The translations under genes and the position numbers were made by a program. The notes below the pieces were generated by a model that searched no databases, had not been told where the DNA came from, and saw only the letters and a program-made list of their open reading frames with translations. From the human T2T-CHM13v2.0 reference genome, Homo sapiens, in NCBI RefSeq assembly GCF_009914755.1, contig NC_060929.1: a stretch of DNA of 64,000 nucleotides; one strand, written 5' to 3'. This document shows, piece after piece, positions 13,365 through 27,984 of the stretch (position 1 is the stretch's first letter; each line of letters begins with the position of its first letter).

Positions 13365-15339
13365 TAAGCACTTTATGTATATTGTCTCCTTTAATACTCA
13401 AATCCAGTGAAGGAAAGTACTGGTAATATCCCCACTTTGCAAACTAGGCATAAAAGGTTAAATGACTTGCCCAAGATCACGTTTCCAAAGCGGTGAAGCC
13501 AGGTCTGTCTGACATCAAACCTCACGTCCTTGCTGCTGCAATCTTCTCCCCTGCCAGTTGATTCCTTCATTCCTCACCTCCTTCACTGAGCACGGCACAT
13601 TTCCAAGCCTGTCTTTTGACTCCAGCCTGCTTTGCACCCTGCCCTCCATAAGTCACTCCCAGCTGTCAGAACTACCCACCATTGCCCAAATACTTAAAAT
13701 CTCTAGGCCTTCCCTTTGGGATTTTCCCTTAGCCTAGCTGACCCTCCTTTCTGTGCTAAATTGGAAGCTCTGCTTTAAGACCCAGCTCAGATGGCTGGGC
13801 CCCTGTGGACCCATCCTGGCCAGTTCAGTCAGAACTTTACAGCTCCCTCCTCAGCAATGCTGTCACCTCCCTCCTCTGGTTATCCTCATACCTGCCTGCG
13901 CTGGAGACGTGGCTGCTCGGCCACTTTCCCCAGATTGTGAGCTGCCTGAGGGCACTGATCAATCAGATGAAATCTACTCCCACTCTGCCCTTGGGGGCTA
14001 ATTACGTATCTGAAATCTTTGGTTACTAAATTCAGTGTAGTCTCCTTCTGTAGTGAATAGTGCCCTGGCCTGGTAAGGAGGTGACATCACTATATTGTCA
14101 GCTTTGTATCAATCTAACCAGGCACCTTTCTTGGTTGGACACTTTGGATTCATTGAGGAATTTTGAGAAAAGTTTTAAAATTGTCTTTTTGCAGCTGGAT
14201 GCCTGAGAAAGTTCCTGCTTTTCATTCAGTGAAACAGCTGGTGCCCCTCTTCTAGAAGCAGTCAGAGGCTGCCCGAGGGTTTCCAAAGCCTGTCCTTAGA
14301 CACCGCACCACAGGTGATGGACCAGCACCTGGGTCTGGCACCCTAGCAGGCTGGCATTGCACCAGTGTTTCAAGTCGTGCAAAGAGGTTGGGTTGACTCT
14401 TCTATACTGGACCAGCTGCGAGCCCTGGGCGCGTCACTCCATGCCTTAAAACTCTACCTGCTGGGTCTTTTTTGCCCTCTAGCTCTTTTAGAATCTTCAT
14501 ACATAATCTTCAGTCCAACAGATGTCGTTTTCCCCCCAAGGCCTTTGGCTCTGCCTTTGCTTATCCCCAGATGCTCACTTTTTGAGGGTTCTAGCCCAGT
14601 CCTCATGCCTGCCTCGGAGATCCCATGTGCCTCCCTCCAGAGCACTGCCCTGATGCCTGGAAAACATATGTGTCCTTCCTGTAAAGGCTTGAAAACCACC
14701 CCTGTAACAACAACTGTGCAAGCCCTCCCTCATCCGCCAGCCCCTGAAGGAAGTCGTTTCCCAATTCTCCTGTTTCCCAATTCTTACACCGTTTGTCCTG
14801 GCAAATCCCAGCTGCGTTTCCTTCTCCAATAGCAAGGCCTTGTCTGGCTCCTGAAACCACTCCTCACAGCAGGGCAGCAAGTCCCCACCCTGCCCCTCCC
14901 TTCTGGCCTGCTCCTCTAGCGATGCTCAAAGTTGCTGTGCCACTCTTAAGGTCCAGCCCCAAAAGTGGATGTAGGGCTTCGGGAGAGGCCTGGGGTTGAG
15001 TCCTAAGTTGAGCAGACCCCCACCTCCCCAAATCTGGGCCCCCTGGCTCTGTGCCACCTAGAAATTAGCATGGCCTTCTCTTGGCTTGTTCTGAACTCAG
15101 CCTGTTCCGTTGCACTTGCTGCTGCTCATCAGTCCCCTGTATTTGTAATTTATTTCGCGAACCCAAACGTAAGGCGCACCTCCCGAGTCAGGCCGACCTG
15201 GACTGGAATCCTGGTCCTGTCACTCATGAACTCTGTGACTTACCTTATTTAAGTTACTAACATAAATTAGGGGTCCCTCAGTTTATCTGTGCCTCGGTTT
15301 CTCCATTTGTAAATGATGATAGTACCTACCTCATTAGGG

Positions 15340-15645
15340 TTTTGTTGTTGTTGTTGTTGTTTTGAGACGGAATCTCGTTCTGTCACCCAGGCTGGAGTGC
15401 AGTGGCATGATCTCGGCTCACTGCAAACTCCGTCTCCTGGGTTCAAGTGATTCTCTTGCCTCAGCCTCCTGAGTAGCTGGGATTACAGGCACACGCCACC
15501 ATGCCCAGCTAGTTTTTGTATTTTTAGTAGAGACGGGGTTTCACCATGTTGGCCAGGTTGGTCTCGAACTCCTGACCTCAGGTGATCCAACCACCTCGGC
15601 CTCCCAAAGTGCTGGGATTACAGGTGGGAGCCACTGTGCCTGGCC
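15340..15645 (-). mobile_element. Alu (S-type), full length, inserted in a MIR
   Basis: (TTG)n tail; TSD cctcattagg(g/t)tttt on both sides. Confidence 0.95.
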
Positions 15646-16224
15646 CCTCATTAGGTTTTTGTGAGAATTAAATGAGATAAGACGCTGAGTGCTTGCACAG
15701 CACCTGGCATAGCAAATGCTCAGTAAAAGGAGGCAGTAGAGGTGGTGGCTGATGGTAGTGACGGTCACGATGGTGAACTGCAAGTCTGCCTGAGCCCCAG
15801 TGGTTTAGGATGCCGGGATTTACCTGAAAACCTTTAGGCCTCCCCGCAGGCCCAGTAAACTGGTCCTTGATCCCAGAGAGCCCTCTGGTGGCTAATCTGT
15901 GAAGGCGCAGGCTGCGGAAGAAAAGGAGAAGGCGGGGCCTGGTGGGGAGAGGATGGAGGTGGGCTGGTTAAGAAGGCGTTCCCCATCCAGGAGAATGGGA
16001 GGCAGGGAGGTGCTGTGTGGACATCCCCAGACTGGGTGTCGGACCTGCCTTGGGGTCTTGCCCCTGGAATTCCGGCTGTGAGACCTCAGACAAACCCTTT
16101 CTCTATGGGCCTTAGCATGTGAAACATCAGGAATGAGGAGGACCAGGTCATTGTTTCCCAAAGACGAAGAGGGGGCCCCTGACAGTCATTTTTTAATCTG
16201 AATGGTTACATATTTTCATGGTAT

Positions 16225-16465
16225 CATAATTAGTGTGCGACAGAGCTGGGCTTGGAATCAAACCTGTTCAACCTCAGAGCCACTGCCTGCGTGGTGTCTC
16301 CCACGGGTGTGCCTTCTTTGCCCAGCTGGATTGGGAACTTGAAGGCAGGGACTGGGCTTTCCTGTCTCGGTGTCATCATGGTTGCCTGGTGAAGTCACAT
16401 TTAGCTGGCGACTAAGGGTGCGCTGTGGAGTAGCAGCCAGAGGCTGACTCTGGGTCCCAGGAGGG
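16225..16465 (+). repeat. 241-bp direct repeat, copy 1 (derived)
   Basis: Read base by base as identical to 18410-18650; the ORF track gives the same 60-aa peptide at both copies. Confidence 0.95.
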
Positions 16466-16558
16466 ACCAGGCTGGTTTTGAACTCCTGACCTCAGGTGAT
16501 CTGCCCACCTTGGCCTCCCAAAGTGCTGGGATTACAGGTGTGAGCCACACACCCGGCC
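16466..16558 (-). mobile_element. Alu remnant (first ~93 nt of the left arm only)
   Basis: ccaggctggttttgaactcctgacctcaggtgat...gagccacacacccggcc, abruptly truncated at the duplicated segment. Confidence 0.9.
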
Positions 16559-16703
16559 TGGTATTATTTTCTGTCATACTGGCCACCATTTATTGTTTAT
16601 GCTTTAATAAACTTTCCATTTACATGTATTTCTCATGACAATATGAGATAGCTATTATTCCTATATTATTTACTATCTTCATTTTACTGAGGAATGAGAG
16701 GCC

Positions 16704-18376
<1,673 letters not shown>

Positions 18377-18409
18377 AATGAGAGGCCAAGTCATATCTGC
18401 TCAAGGCCA

Positions 18410-18650
18410 CATAATTAGTGTGCGACAGAGCTGGGCTTGGAATCAAACCTGTTCAACCTCAGAGCCACTGCCTGCGTGGTGTCTCCCACGGGTGTGCCTT
18501 CTTTGCCCAGCTGGATTGGGAACTTGAAGGCAGGGACTGGGCTTTCCTGTCTCGGTGTCATCATGGTTGCCTGGTGAAGTCACATTTAGCTGGCGACTAA
18601 GGGTGCGCTGTGGAGTAGCAGCCAGAGGCTGACTCTGGGTCCCAGGAGGG
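18410..18650 (+). repeat. 241-bp direct repeat, copy 2 (ancestral; contiguous with the MIR)
   Basis: Identical to 16225-16465; its 5' part continues MIR text 'tcaaggccacataattagtgtgcgacagagctgggcttggaatc'. Confidence 0.95.
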
Positions 18651-19069
18651 CCAGCTTCCCAAGACTTCTGATAGTTAAGTCCCTTCTCCGTAACTAATGC
18701 CATGCAGTGCAAAGAGTGCTGGCAAGGGCAGGAAGCCCCAGGTCTTGTCCTGGGCTTTAGCTAGCCTGCTAGTTAGTGGACTCATCACTCAGAGCCTCAG
18801 AGCCCCAGAGCCCCATCTAAATGGAGGGGCTTGAACCACTGCAGACAGTTGTATCAGAGGCAGAGGGTTTTTTCCAAATAGTTTCCTGGGCCCCACCCCC
18901 AGAAGTTCTGGTTTTGTGTCTGGGATAGGTAATGTTGCCAGGTTGGGAATCTCTGTTGCTTGACAATCTCTAGGATCCCTTCCAGCTCCCAAAATCCATG
19001 AATCTTGGAACGGCCTGTGGACCCTTGCATCGTTCCCCTGACCCCAAACAGGCTAAAGGACACAGAAAA

Positions 19070-20542
19070 TAACAGTAAAAAAAGATACTTTATTGTTAAA
19101 AAAAAAATGACCAATGAAACTATGTATCTGTCACTCACACTCACAGTCACACACACAGCCACAAACCACTCACACAAATTGGCTCTCGCCCACACATCTC
19201 CCTCTCGCATGAAGCAGCAGCCCTGTGGGCAAGGCTCCACTGCTCTTCCTTTTGACTTCTGTCTCCAGAAACAACACATATGAAAAGGCAGTGGACCAGA
19301 GGGAGGGACTGGGTGGGAGGGAGTGGTGAGGTCACCAAAGGCCACAGAGGCTTCTGGTCCCCACCACTCCTGGCTACATACACTCTACACATGTGTACAC
19401 ACGTACTATCCATGGGCACCCACATGTGTAGACATGTGCCCACATTGACCCTCCATGCATAGGGTTGAGTCGCCGCAGGTAATACTTGATGGGCAGGCGT
19501 CTGCAATGGAGAGGAGGCAATGGCAGGTGTCCAGCCTGGACACTGCGGTCCAGCTCCCTGCTTCCAACCGGCCCTAAATAGGAGTTCAGACTTCCTTGTG
19601 TCTAGGGAAGAAAAATCCCATTGAGGAAACTCATCCAGACAGCAAGGTCAAAAAGTGCCTAAGAATTTTTAAAATGAAGAATTAGTTCCTTCCTTCCTTT
19701 GGCCAAAAGTGCCTGGGAAACTTGGGATGAAGAACCCAGAGTTCCATGAGGTCTGAATTCTTTAACAAAGAAGGTTCAGAGCTGTGTAGACTCCTGGCAG
19801 GCCCTGACTGGCAGCCAGTGGTGTGACTCTGAGGTGGGCCCGTTCCTCTGCGTGTAGGCTGAGGAGTGGGACCTCTGGGGCCCGAGGCCTGGTGGTGCTC
19901 CTCGGAGTCCTTGTTGCCCTCCATCACCATTTTCTCCCCGGTGCAAAGCACAGTGCCTGACGTGGAGCAGACACTTGACAAAGACACAGTGAGTGCTCGA
20001 CTGAGGCAGGGGCAGAGGGGACTGTGCCCGCTCCCCTGCTGCTCACCTCTCAGCCCCTAGGAGGATGCCACGCAGCCCTCTAGAGCTCCTCTGTACGGCC
20101 CGCGTAGTGGTTGTCTGTCAGGCACCAACCTGCCTGCCTCCAAAATGGAGCTGTGGGCAGGTATGAGAATGCATCTTGGTGAAGTTGAGCCAGCACAGTC
20201 AATCAGGCTCTGCCCCGGGGACTGAGAGCCGGCAGATCAGGGAGCCCTCCTGTCTCTCGCCCACCCCGGGAGTCAATTGTTCCTGGTTTTCCAGGGTCAC
20301 TGCTCTAGAAATGCCCCTCTCCTGGGACCCTAGTGCTGTTTCTGGAGCTCTATCCTCAGCTTCCCTCCACCCTCAGGGACTAGGTGGGGGATTGGAAGAG
20401 CACATTTCAAGGGACAACAGCCTGGGCTGAGGGCTTCCCTCCCACTCTCCCAGCCACACTCAACTCACCCCCTACGAGACAGGAAGAAATAAGCCAAGTC
20501 CAGTCCTTGGCCTCCCGCCTGCCTTGCTCTGGGAATGGGAAG
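19070..20542 (-). other. FAT2: FAT2 3'UTR (~1.5 kb)
   Basis: Follows the TAG at 20543-20545 and ends shortly after the minus-strand AATAAA; cleavage site approximate. Confidence 0.8.
19089..19094 (-). terminator. FAT2 poly(A) signal AATAAA
   Basis: tttatt on +; on - it is preceded by a U-run and followed by 'ttttactgttattttctgtgtcc'. Confidence 0.8.
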
Positions 20543-21075
20543 CTAGAACATGACCTCCTCACAGCTGCCATAATCACTCTCCACCATGTCAGAGCCCTCA
20601 TAGTTGGGGGGCACCCGGGGCTGGCCCTGGCCTGCAAGAGGTGCCCCCTCCACCTCACAGACAGCATAAGAGGGCCCAGCTCGGCTGAGGCGCATACCCA
20701 CCCCCTTGTAGCCCCCGTCTGCCAGGCAGGGCCCTCCCCCTCCCTGCCGGAACTGCGAGTGGTAGTAGCTGATGGCCGTGTACTCATTGAGACAGGGGGC
20801 AACCAGGCGCTCCCGGGGACTAGGGGGCCGAGAGGGCATCAGATCTTCCAGGTTCTGGTTGCTGTAACGGGGTGGGAGAGGTGCCCGCTTGTTTTCCATC
20901 TCCAGGGGGAAGGGGAAGCCCCCATAGAGGCCATTAGGCTCTGGCATCACGACTGGGGTTGAGTGGCGGTGAGCCGAGGGCGGCAGAGGGCCCTGAGTCA
21001 CTTCGGAGTGGGGGTATTCCCAGCGTTCGTTCCTGGAGTAAGTAGGGGGCCAGACCATGGCTCCGCCAGGGTACA
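20543..21075 (-). CDS. FAT2: FAT2 last coding exon (distal cytoplasmic tail)
   Basis: Acceptor ccctttcag|TG, phase 1; [14 protein letters not shown]...[11 protein letters not shown]. Confidence 0.95.
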
Positions 21076-22131
21076 CTGAAAGGGAACAGCAAGATAGGGT
21101 GAGCTCATTTTCTCCCCGGAAGGTTTCAGCTGGCTCTATAGCAACTATATATAACCTAGCGAGTGGTGGAGATGGGAGTGGGTGGGCATAGGCCCATCTG
21201 TGCAGGTTGTCTCTGTTGGCTTACGTTGATAACATAGAATCCAATGGGACAAGCTCAAGGCTAGAGGTTTGACCTAAGGCCAGCCCATCTTGCAAATCCC
21301 TGCCACTAATCTGAGGGTCAGTGAACAAGGGAAGGATTTGGATGTCTCCATGCAACCCACCCCCACAGCTGGATACAGTAACTCCATCCCAAGTCCTACT
21401 GGTGAGTTTCATCCCCTTAACTGAAGGAAACACACACACAGTTTGGACTCACTCACAGGTGTGATGGAGTCTATCATGGAGAGTGATGAAATGAGATGTG
21501 GCTCGGAAATCAGGAGACCAGGAGCCCTTGGTCCTAGCCCTGCCTCTGCTACTGAATAGTTGGGTTAGTTAGAACAAGTCACTGCATCTTGATGGGCCTC
21601 GGTTTCCGTATTTGACACATAGTGAAAATACCTATCATAACTGCTAATGATTATGCCAAAACATGAAGTGCTTTACTAATGCACCCCCTTTTGAGCCAAA
21701 GATGAGAAGAAGGTGATATTCCCCCTCTAGGTCAGCCAGGTCTGGCCCAAGGCTGCTGCACTTCCACACTGGGCAACCAGAAGCTTAGACCACTTCTCCT
21801 TTCCCTTCCCAGAAAAGCACAAATGTGCAGAAGCCCCCTTCTCACTCCAAGGGTTCTACCCAACCCTATCCAGGGTCTACACATTTCTGTCATGAACCTC
21901 AATCCCATGGAGTGACTTGGAATTTAAAGGAGTGCGATAGAATGAGCCTCAGAAACCTGGTATCTGCTCCAGCATCCGTGCCCTGTAATCTTGAACACAT
22001 CTCATCATGTCCCATCCCAAAGGGTTGGATGCATGGTAGCTAAAAATGCCTGTGCCTCAGATAACGGAGTGTTTAGAACCACCACCCACTTCCATCAATC
22101 CCAGAGGCTAAGCGTCTCTGGCTATACTGAC

Positions 22132-22589
22132 CCATCTCCTCACTGGACCAGGTTCTCTTAATGACAGGCTCATTGTCAGAGTGGGAAGGGACCGCAGCTG
22201 GCGGGAGTCTGGGGGGCACACTGCAGACCACTGGCCGTTGCTTAGAATTGGGTCCAAATGTGACGAGTTCATTTGGAACAGAGGCCTTGCTGGGTTCCAG
22301 TTGGTTGAGGTTGTTGCAGGAGCTGGCACTCAATGGGTTGAGCTCGATGGCAGGCATGGCTTGGGTGTCAACACCAACACTCCTGGCCAGGAGGTCTGGG
22401 TCCTCCATGGCCACAGGCTTGTGAGACTTGCAACGGCGGCAGTAGAAGAGAAGCCCGACAGTGCTTATGATAATGAACGCCACGGCCACTGTGATGATCA
22501 GTAACTCCTGCTGCCCCCAGTCCCCCCTTTGGATCTCGGGAGTGACTAGGCAGTGTCCTTCTGAACAACCCCTCGCCTCCATTTCACAC
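22132..22589 (-). CDS. FAT2: FAT2 exon: end of EGF repeat, transmembrane helix, proximal cytoplasmic tail
   Basis: ccgcag|G...ATGG|gtcagt; 458 nt, phase 2 to 1; TM segment [22 protein letters not shown] followed by RRCK. Confidence 0.95.
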
Positions 22590-23408
22590 CTGCGGAGACA
22601 GAGAAGTAGTCAGGGGGCCAAGTCATGAAATTGCCCTTTCCATGTCCCCTCTTACAGAGATCTATGGGATAGAGACTGCTCCCCCCAAAACCTACCATCT
22701 CCCGTTTTTCACCCCCCAAAAAAGTAACTATCAAGCATATCAACATCAGAACTTTCCACCTTCCACCAGTAAAGTATGGGTCTCAGCTACATCCTCATTT
22801 GTGACCATTAGGATCTGGGAATGTCTATTATTTTTCCAGCAATGAGATCTAGGCACTGTATACACTCTCTATCATGAGGTCGGATTTCCTCCCATATCAC
22901 TGCAGTAGAGACATCGACTCTCTAGCAATGATGTCAGGGTTCCAGATACAAGTCAGCATTGCCCAGTTATAGCAGCCAGGCACCAATGTTCCCTGCTGTG
23001 CTTCACCAGGAGGTCACAGGAGCCAACGTGGTCCTGCACAGATCAGCCACCTTACAATGGGCAACTTGCTCAGAGAAAGCATGCGAACTCTCAGGGTACC
23101 TCTAGCTTGGCATTCCATGGTGTGAAGCTCCAGGGAAACTTCTGTGGCCAGCTTTATCCACTTTTGAGGGCTATTGGGAAAGTTTGCCCCATCCCATTTG
23201 AGTCCAAAACATTTCTCAGTGCCCGAAATGTCACTACCAGTTGTTTGTTATTTTGGGTTAAATGTTGTTTTCCCCAAGGTCCTCTTTTAAAATGCAGACA
23301 CCACTTTCAGCTGTGAAATGTCCTCCCAACACATCTCGTGAACGGATAGCATTCCCGACTGCAAAGCAGGGCAGGACACACCAGTTGCTGAGAAAAAGGA
23401 CTGAAGTC

Positions 23409-23714
<306 letters not shown>

Positions 23715-24363
23715 TCATCAGCATACCCAGAGTAATCATGGGAAAGCCCTTTCCCTGCCTGGGCCTCAGTTACTGCAGCTGTAAAATGAGTGGGTGAACT
23801 ACATCACTGGCTCTTATACACAGGCTAATAGCAAAGGGATCCACTGAGAGCTTGTTAAAAATAGAAGCTAGGCCCATTCTTGGAGATTCTGATTCAGTTG
23901 GTCTAGGCTGGATCTTGGAATCTATATTTTTCATGTCTCTTTCATGATTCTTTAAAGGCTCCCAAGTTTGGGAGCCCTAAAACCAGATAATTGTCAAAGT
24001 CTCTTTCTCTCTAGGATTCTAGGAATGACAGTTTCCCTTGCAACTGCCACAGCCCCACACAGTATGAGGCACAGACAGCTGGCAGTGGGGTTCCAGGCAC
24101 AGCAGCACCTGCCCAAGTGGAACCATTTTCCCCAGGTCACTGGGAAGTTCAGGTCCAGAGTGAGAGAATAAGCACTTCAGCCATTTTCAGACTGCAGCAA
24201 GGACCAGAACTACCTGAGGAGCTGGTTAAATGTACAGATTCCTAAGCCCCAGCTTGTGATTCTGAGACAGTATGTTCAGAATAGGGCTGGGGAAATCTCT
24301 AATAAGCAGCTTCCTCCTCCAGAAGTGTTGTAATGCAGGTGGTTAGAGAGAGACGCCCTAACA

Positions 24364-24862
24364 CAATGGTCCACAACCCCTGGGTCACGGACCCATACTG
24401 GTCGGTGGCCTGTTAGGAGCCGAGCTGCACAGCAGGAAATGAGCCATGGGTGAGCAAGCATTACCACCTGAGCTCCGCCTTCTGTCAGATCACTGGGGGC
24501 ATTAGATTCTCACTGGAGCACAAACCCTGTTGTGAACTGTGCATGTAAGGGATCTAGTTTGCATGCTCCTTATAAGGAGCATATATCTAATGCCCGATCT
24601 GTCACTGTCTCCCATCACCTCCAGATGGGACTGTCTAGTTGCAGGAAAACAAGCTCAGGGCTCCCAACTGATTCTACGTTATGGTGAGTTGTATAATTAC
24701 TTCATTATATATTACAATGTAATAATAATAGAAATAAAGTGTGCAATAAATGTCATGTGCTTGAATCATCCTGAAACCATCTCCCGTTTCTCCTGCCTGG
24801 TCCGTGGAAAAAGTGTCTTCCATGAAACCGGTCCCTGGTGCCAAAAAGGTTGGGGACCACTG
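24364..24862. mobile_element. MER1A-like hAT-Charlie element, intact ends
   Basis: TIRs caatggtccacaacc / ggttggggaccactg; 8-bp TSD CCCTAACA at 24356-24363 and 24863-24870. Confidence 0.88.
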
Positions 24863-25001
24863 CCCTAACAGATGGAAAAGGCCTAGAAGCCAGGTCCCTG
24901 CAGCACTCTCCCCTGGCCTCCCATTGGACTTTCTAGAGGTCAGAGTACAGAGCGCATTCCCTAACAAGGAGCCCATGGCAGGTGGCCTCTCCTGGGATTA
25001 C

Positions 25002-25155
25002 CTGTCTCCTGTGTAAGGATGAGGGCAGTTACAGGAAGCTCCTTTGGGGGAGAGGATGCAAGTTCCACCTTCCAGGCAGGGTGCAAAAGTACAGTTCTCC
25101 CTTCCTTGTTCACAGTGCTTCCCAGAGAACTGTGGGGGACATTTGCAGACATAGC
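25002..25155 (-). CDS. FAT2: FAT2 exon: EGF-like repeats
   Basis: ctcctag|GC...GACAG|gtaat; 154 nt; [16 protein letters not shown]...[11 protein letters not shown]. Confidence 0.95.
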
Positions 25156-26236
25156 CTAGGAGAAAAAGAAGGGAGGTGAGAGACCGCACTGGCCTAGCAG
25201 TTAAAGGAGACCTGGCATTGGCAGTCTGGTGTGTTTGTGCAGCCGTTCAGTTACCATTTATTTATTTGGTTGCTCCCCTCTGTGCCCAATACCGTGCTGG
25301 GCATTGGTGCCCTGCTGAACCAAGAGCACTTTGGTCCCTGCCCTCAAACAGCTTACAGCCCACCAGAGACAACAGTCACCTAAAGAACAGTAATAAACAG
25401 GATAACAACCATAGACACTAACTTAGTGCTAGTCACTGTTCCAAGGATCTTCCTGTGTTGGCTCATTTGATCCTCACGATGACCCTGAGGTTGGTGACTG
25501 TCATCATCCTCATCAGGGGACAGGTACAAAGGGATGGCAGATGAGGAAAGGAGGCACAGAGAATGGACAGAATTTGCTCAAGCCAGTAAATGGCAAAGCT
25601 GGGGTTCAAACCTAGACAGCTAGCTATAATATCAGTATCTCAGTAATTATAATAAAATTAGTTTTATTGAAGGGAAATGCTGGGAGGGGTGGGGGATGAG
25701 GCTAGCTTACTCTAGGGATCTGGGAGCTATTTCATTTGAGATCTGAAGGATGAGTAGAAATTAGCTAGGCAAGAAGCTAGAGGGCAAAGAGAAAGGTGTT
25801 TCAGGCGGAAGAGAAGAGTGTGTGCAAAGGCTAGGGAAGGGTGTGGCATGGTCAAGGAACTCAAACCACACCAGGGTGGGCCAGCCTGGTGAGGGACAGG
25901 GAGAGTTTGAACTATGGCCTGGGAGGTGCAGGAGCCACATGCAGGGATTGGGACTCTATCCTAGCAGCATGGCGGCCACTGAGCAGTTCTCAGCAGAAGA
26001 GTGCCATGCACAGGTCTGTGCTGGATAAAGATCACCCCGGCTCCTGCTGGAAGGTGGAAGGCCGGGATAGAAGCTGGAGAACAGGGAGGAGGCTGGTGCC
26101 AGGGTGAGAGGTGATGGGGGCTTGGGACAGAGGGACAGCAATGGGGAAAGAGAGAAGTGATGGATTCCTTGGATATTTTGCAGGTAGAAATGACATGATT
26201 AGCCAGACAAAAATCAGAAAAAGGGGTAATGCGAAG

Positions 26237-26385
26237 TGTTGACAGGCATGTCACATGTTGACAGGCATGTGGGTACATAGGAACCTCTCATGTTGTGTGT
26301 GATGTATAGAATAGATGGCTGAGAGGCATGTGGGTACACAGGAACCTCTCATGTTGCATGTGATGTATAGAATAGCCATGCTGAG
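26237..26385. repeat. Local tandem duplications (19-bp period x2, then 61-bp period x2) in old L1-like sequence
   Basis: aggcatgtgggtaca(t/c)aggaacctctcatgttg..tgtgatgtatagaatag at 26263 and 26324; tgttgacaggcatgt at 26237 and 26256. Confidence 0.85.
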
Positions 26386-27145
26386 AGCAATGTATCCCTA
26401 TTTAGTCAAAATAATTATTTGCATACTGTGAGCCTGTGACTTCCACCCCTGGGTGTCGGGTGTGTGTGTGTGAAGGAAACTCTCACACAGCTTCACAAGG
26501 AGACATATAGGAGAATGCTCCCTGCAGCATTGATGATGGAGATGGGTGTTTGGAGTGCGAGGGTGGAGAGGGAAAATGTGAGTGCGTGTACATCATGGAG
26601 TACTGAGCCACAGTTAGAAGCAATTAATGAGAATTGCTCATGGCAGCATTGACAGATCTTAAAAATATGGTGCTGAGCGAAAGCGTAAACAACATATACC
26701 ACTTATATAAATTGGAAATTCAAGCATATGAAAAACAACATGTATTTTGCAAGAACTCATTCAAAAACTGTAAATGTTTGCCTCTAGTGTTAGGGAAGGG
26801 GAAGGGAGTGGAATATAAGTTAAAGGGGAATGAGAAGGAGACTGTGCATAGACCAGTGATGACACTAAGGTATGTGATTAATTCAACCCTCTGCCCCTGA
26901 GGTCCCCATTCATATCCTCCCTCATCCCCCCAGAAGTAGAAAGATAGTTTTTGTTGAGAGGGAAGGAAGACTCCTGGCTTCCCCTAGTCTAGATATTGCA
27001 GATTCCAACCTGTTACTCACAAGTTAGGGGAAGAGAGAGAAATTTGGAACCAGGAGGCTCTGAGATCTCCACCCTGACATGCCTTTCCCACCTGAAGAGC
27101 CTTCTGGGATAAACCCTGGGTTCAGCCTGGCACCCCAGCCCTCAC

Positions 27146-27587
27146 CTGCCCCGTGGGTCCATGAGCACTTCCCACCATTGAGGCATGTGTTCTGGCTGCA
27201 GTAGTCACTGTGGAGGCAGCACTGGGTGAGGGCTTGTGTCTCCAGCAAGCCTGCCACCGTCTTGCCAGGGGCCAGCAGATCTAGAGCCTCTTCGTTGACC
27301 ACGACAGCATCCAGGCAGCCTTCAAAGCCCTGGGAGACATTCGAGGAAGAATGCAACAGAATGAGGCCGCCCAGCAAGAGGTGCCTTTCGGGCCTCAGAC
27401 CACGGCAGTTCTCTGGGACCACAAGGGAGGTGTTGCCCATGCTGTCAACCATCAGGCGAATGGAAGCGTCCATCTCCTCCACCAGGATGGAGTGCCACTC
27501 GTGGTCATTCACATGGCGCTGGGAGGAAAGGTTTCCATAGAAACCACCCAGACAGTGGTATTCCAGCTGGGGCACTCCACTGGCCAG
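27146..27587 (-). CDS. FAT2: FAT2 exon: laminin G domain and start of EGF
   Basis: tttgcag|CTG...GCAG|gtgag; 442 nt; [11 protein letters not shown]...[12 protein letters not shown]...[12 protein letters not shown]. Confidence 0.95.
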
Positions 27588-27984
27588 CTGCAAAGGAAAT
27601 CCAAACAGCCATCAGCAAAGCCAAGGAGTCCTTGTAAACCTGCTAAGAGGCTGCCAGTTCAAAGAATGTTGTTTGTATTTTTATGGGTAGGAGGGGGGTG
27701 TTTGGCTGTTTTAGACATGGCATTTGCAGAGCATAAAAACCCTCAAAGTGCTTTTGTGTTGATGGTCTCCTTTGTTCTCACCACACCCCATGGGATGGTC
27801 TGGGTAGGGGGTGACATCTCCATTCACAGATGAGGAAACTGAGGCCGAGAGATGCTTTGCTGATCAAGACCCTGTATTTTGGATGCTTCTTCACAGGCCT
27901 GTCCAGAGCTCCACACTTGTGAATATTGGCCTTCAGCGATTTGAAAAACCTGTCTCCCACTCCCACTTCCTTATTCAACAGCTT

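Noticed and set aside
20540-20548. Stop-codon read-through at FAT2 (TAG CTT) or SLC36A1 (TAG GGA)
   Set aside because: Neither matches the established UGA-CUAG read-through context
20384-20962. 192-aa + strand ORF and other ORFs antisense to FAT2 exons
   Set aside because: Shadow ORFs of GC-rich coding sequence with no independent splice or start evidence
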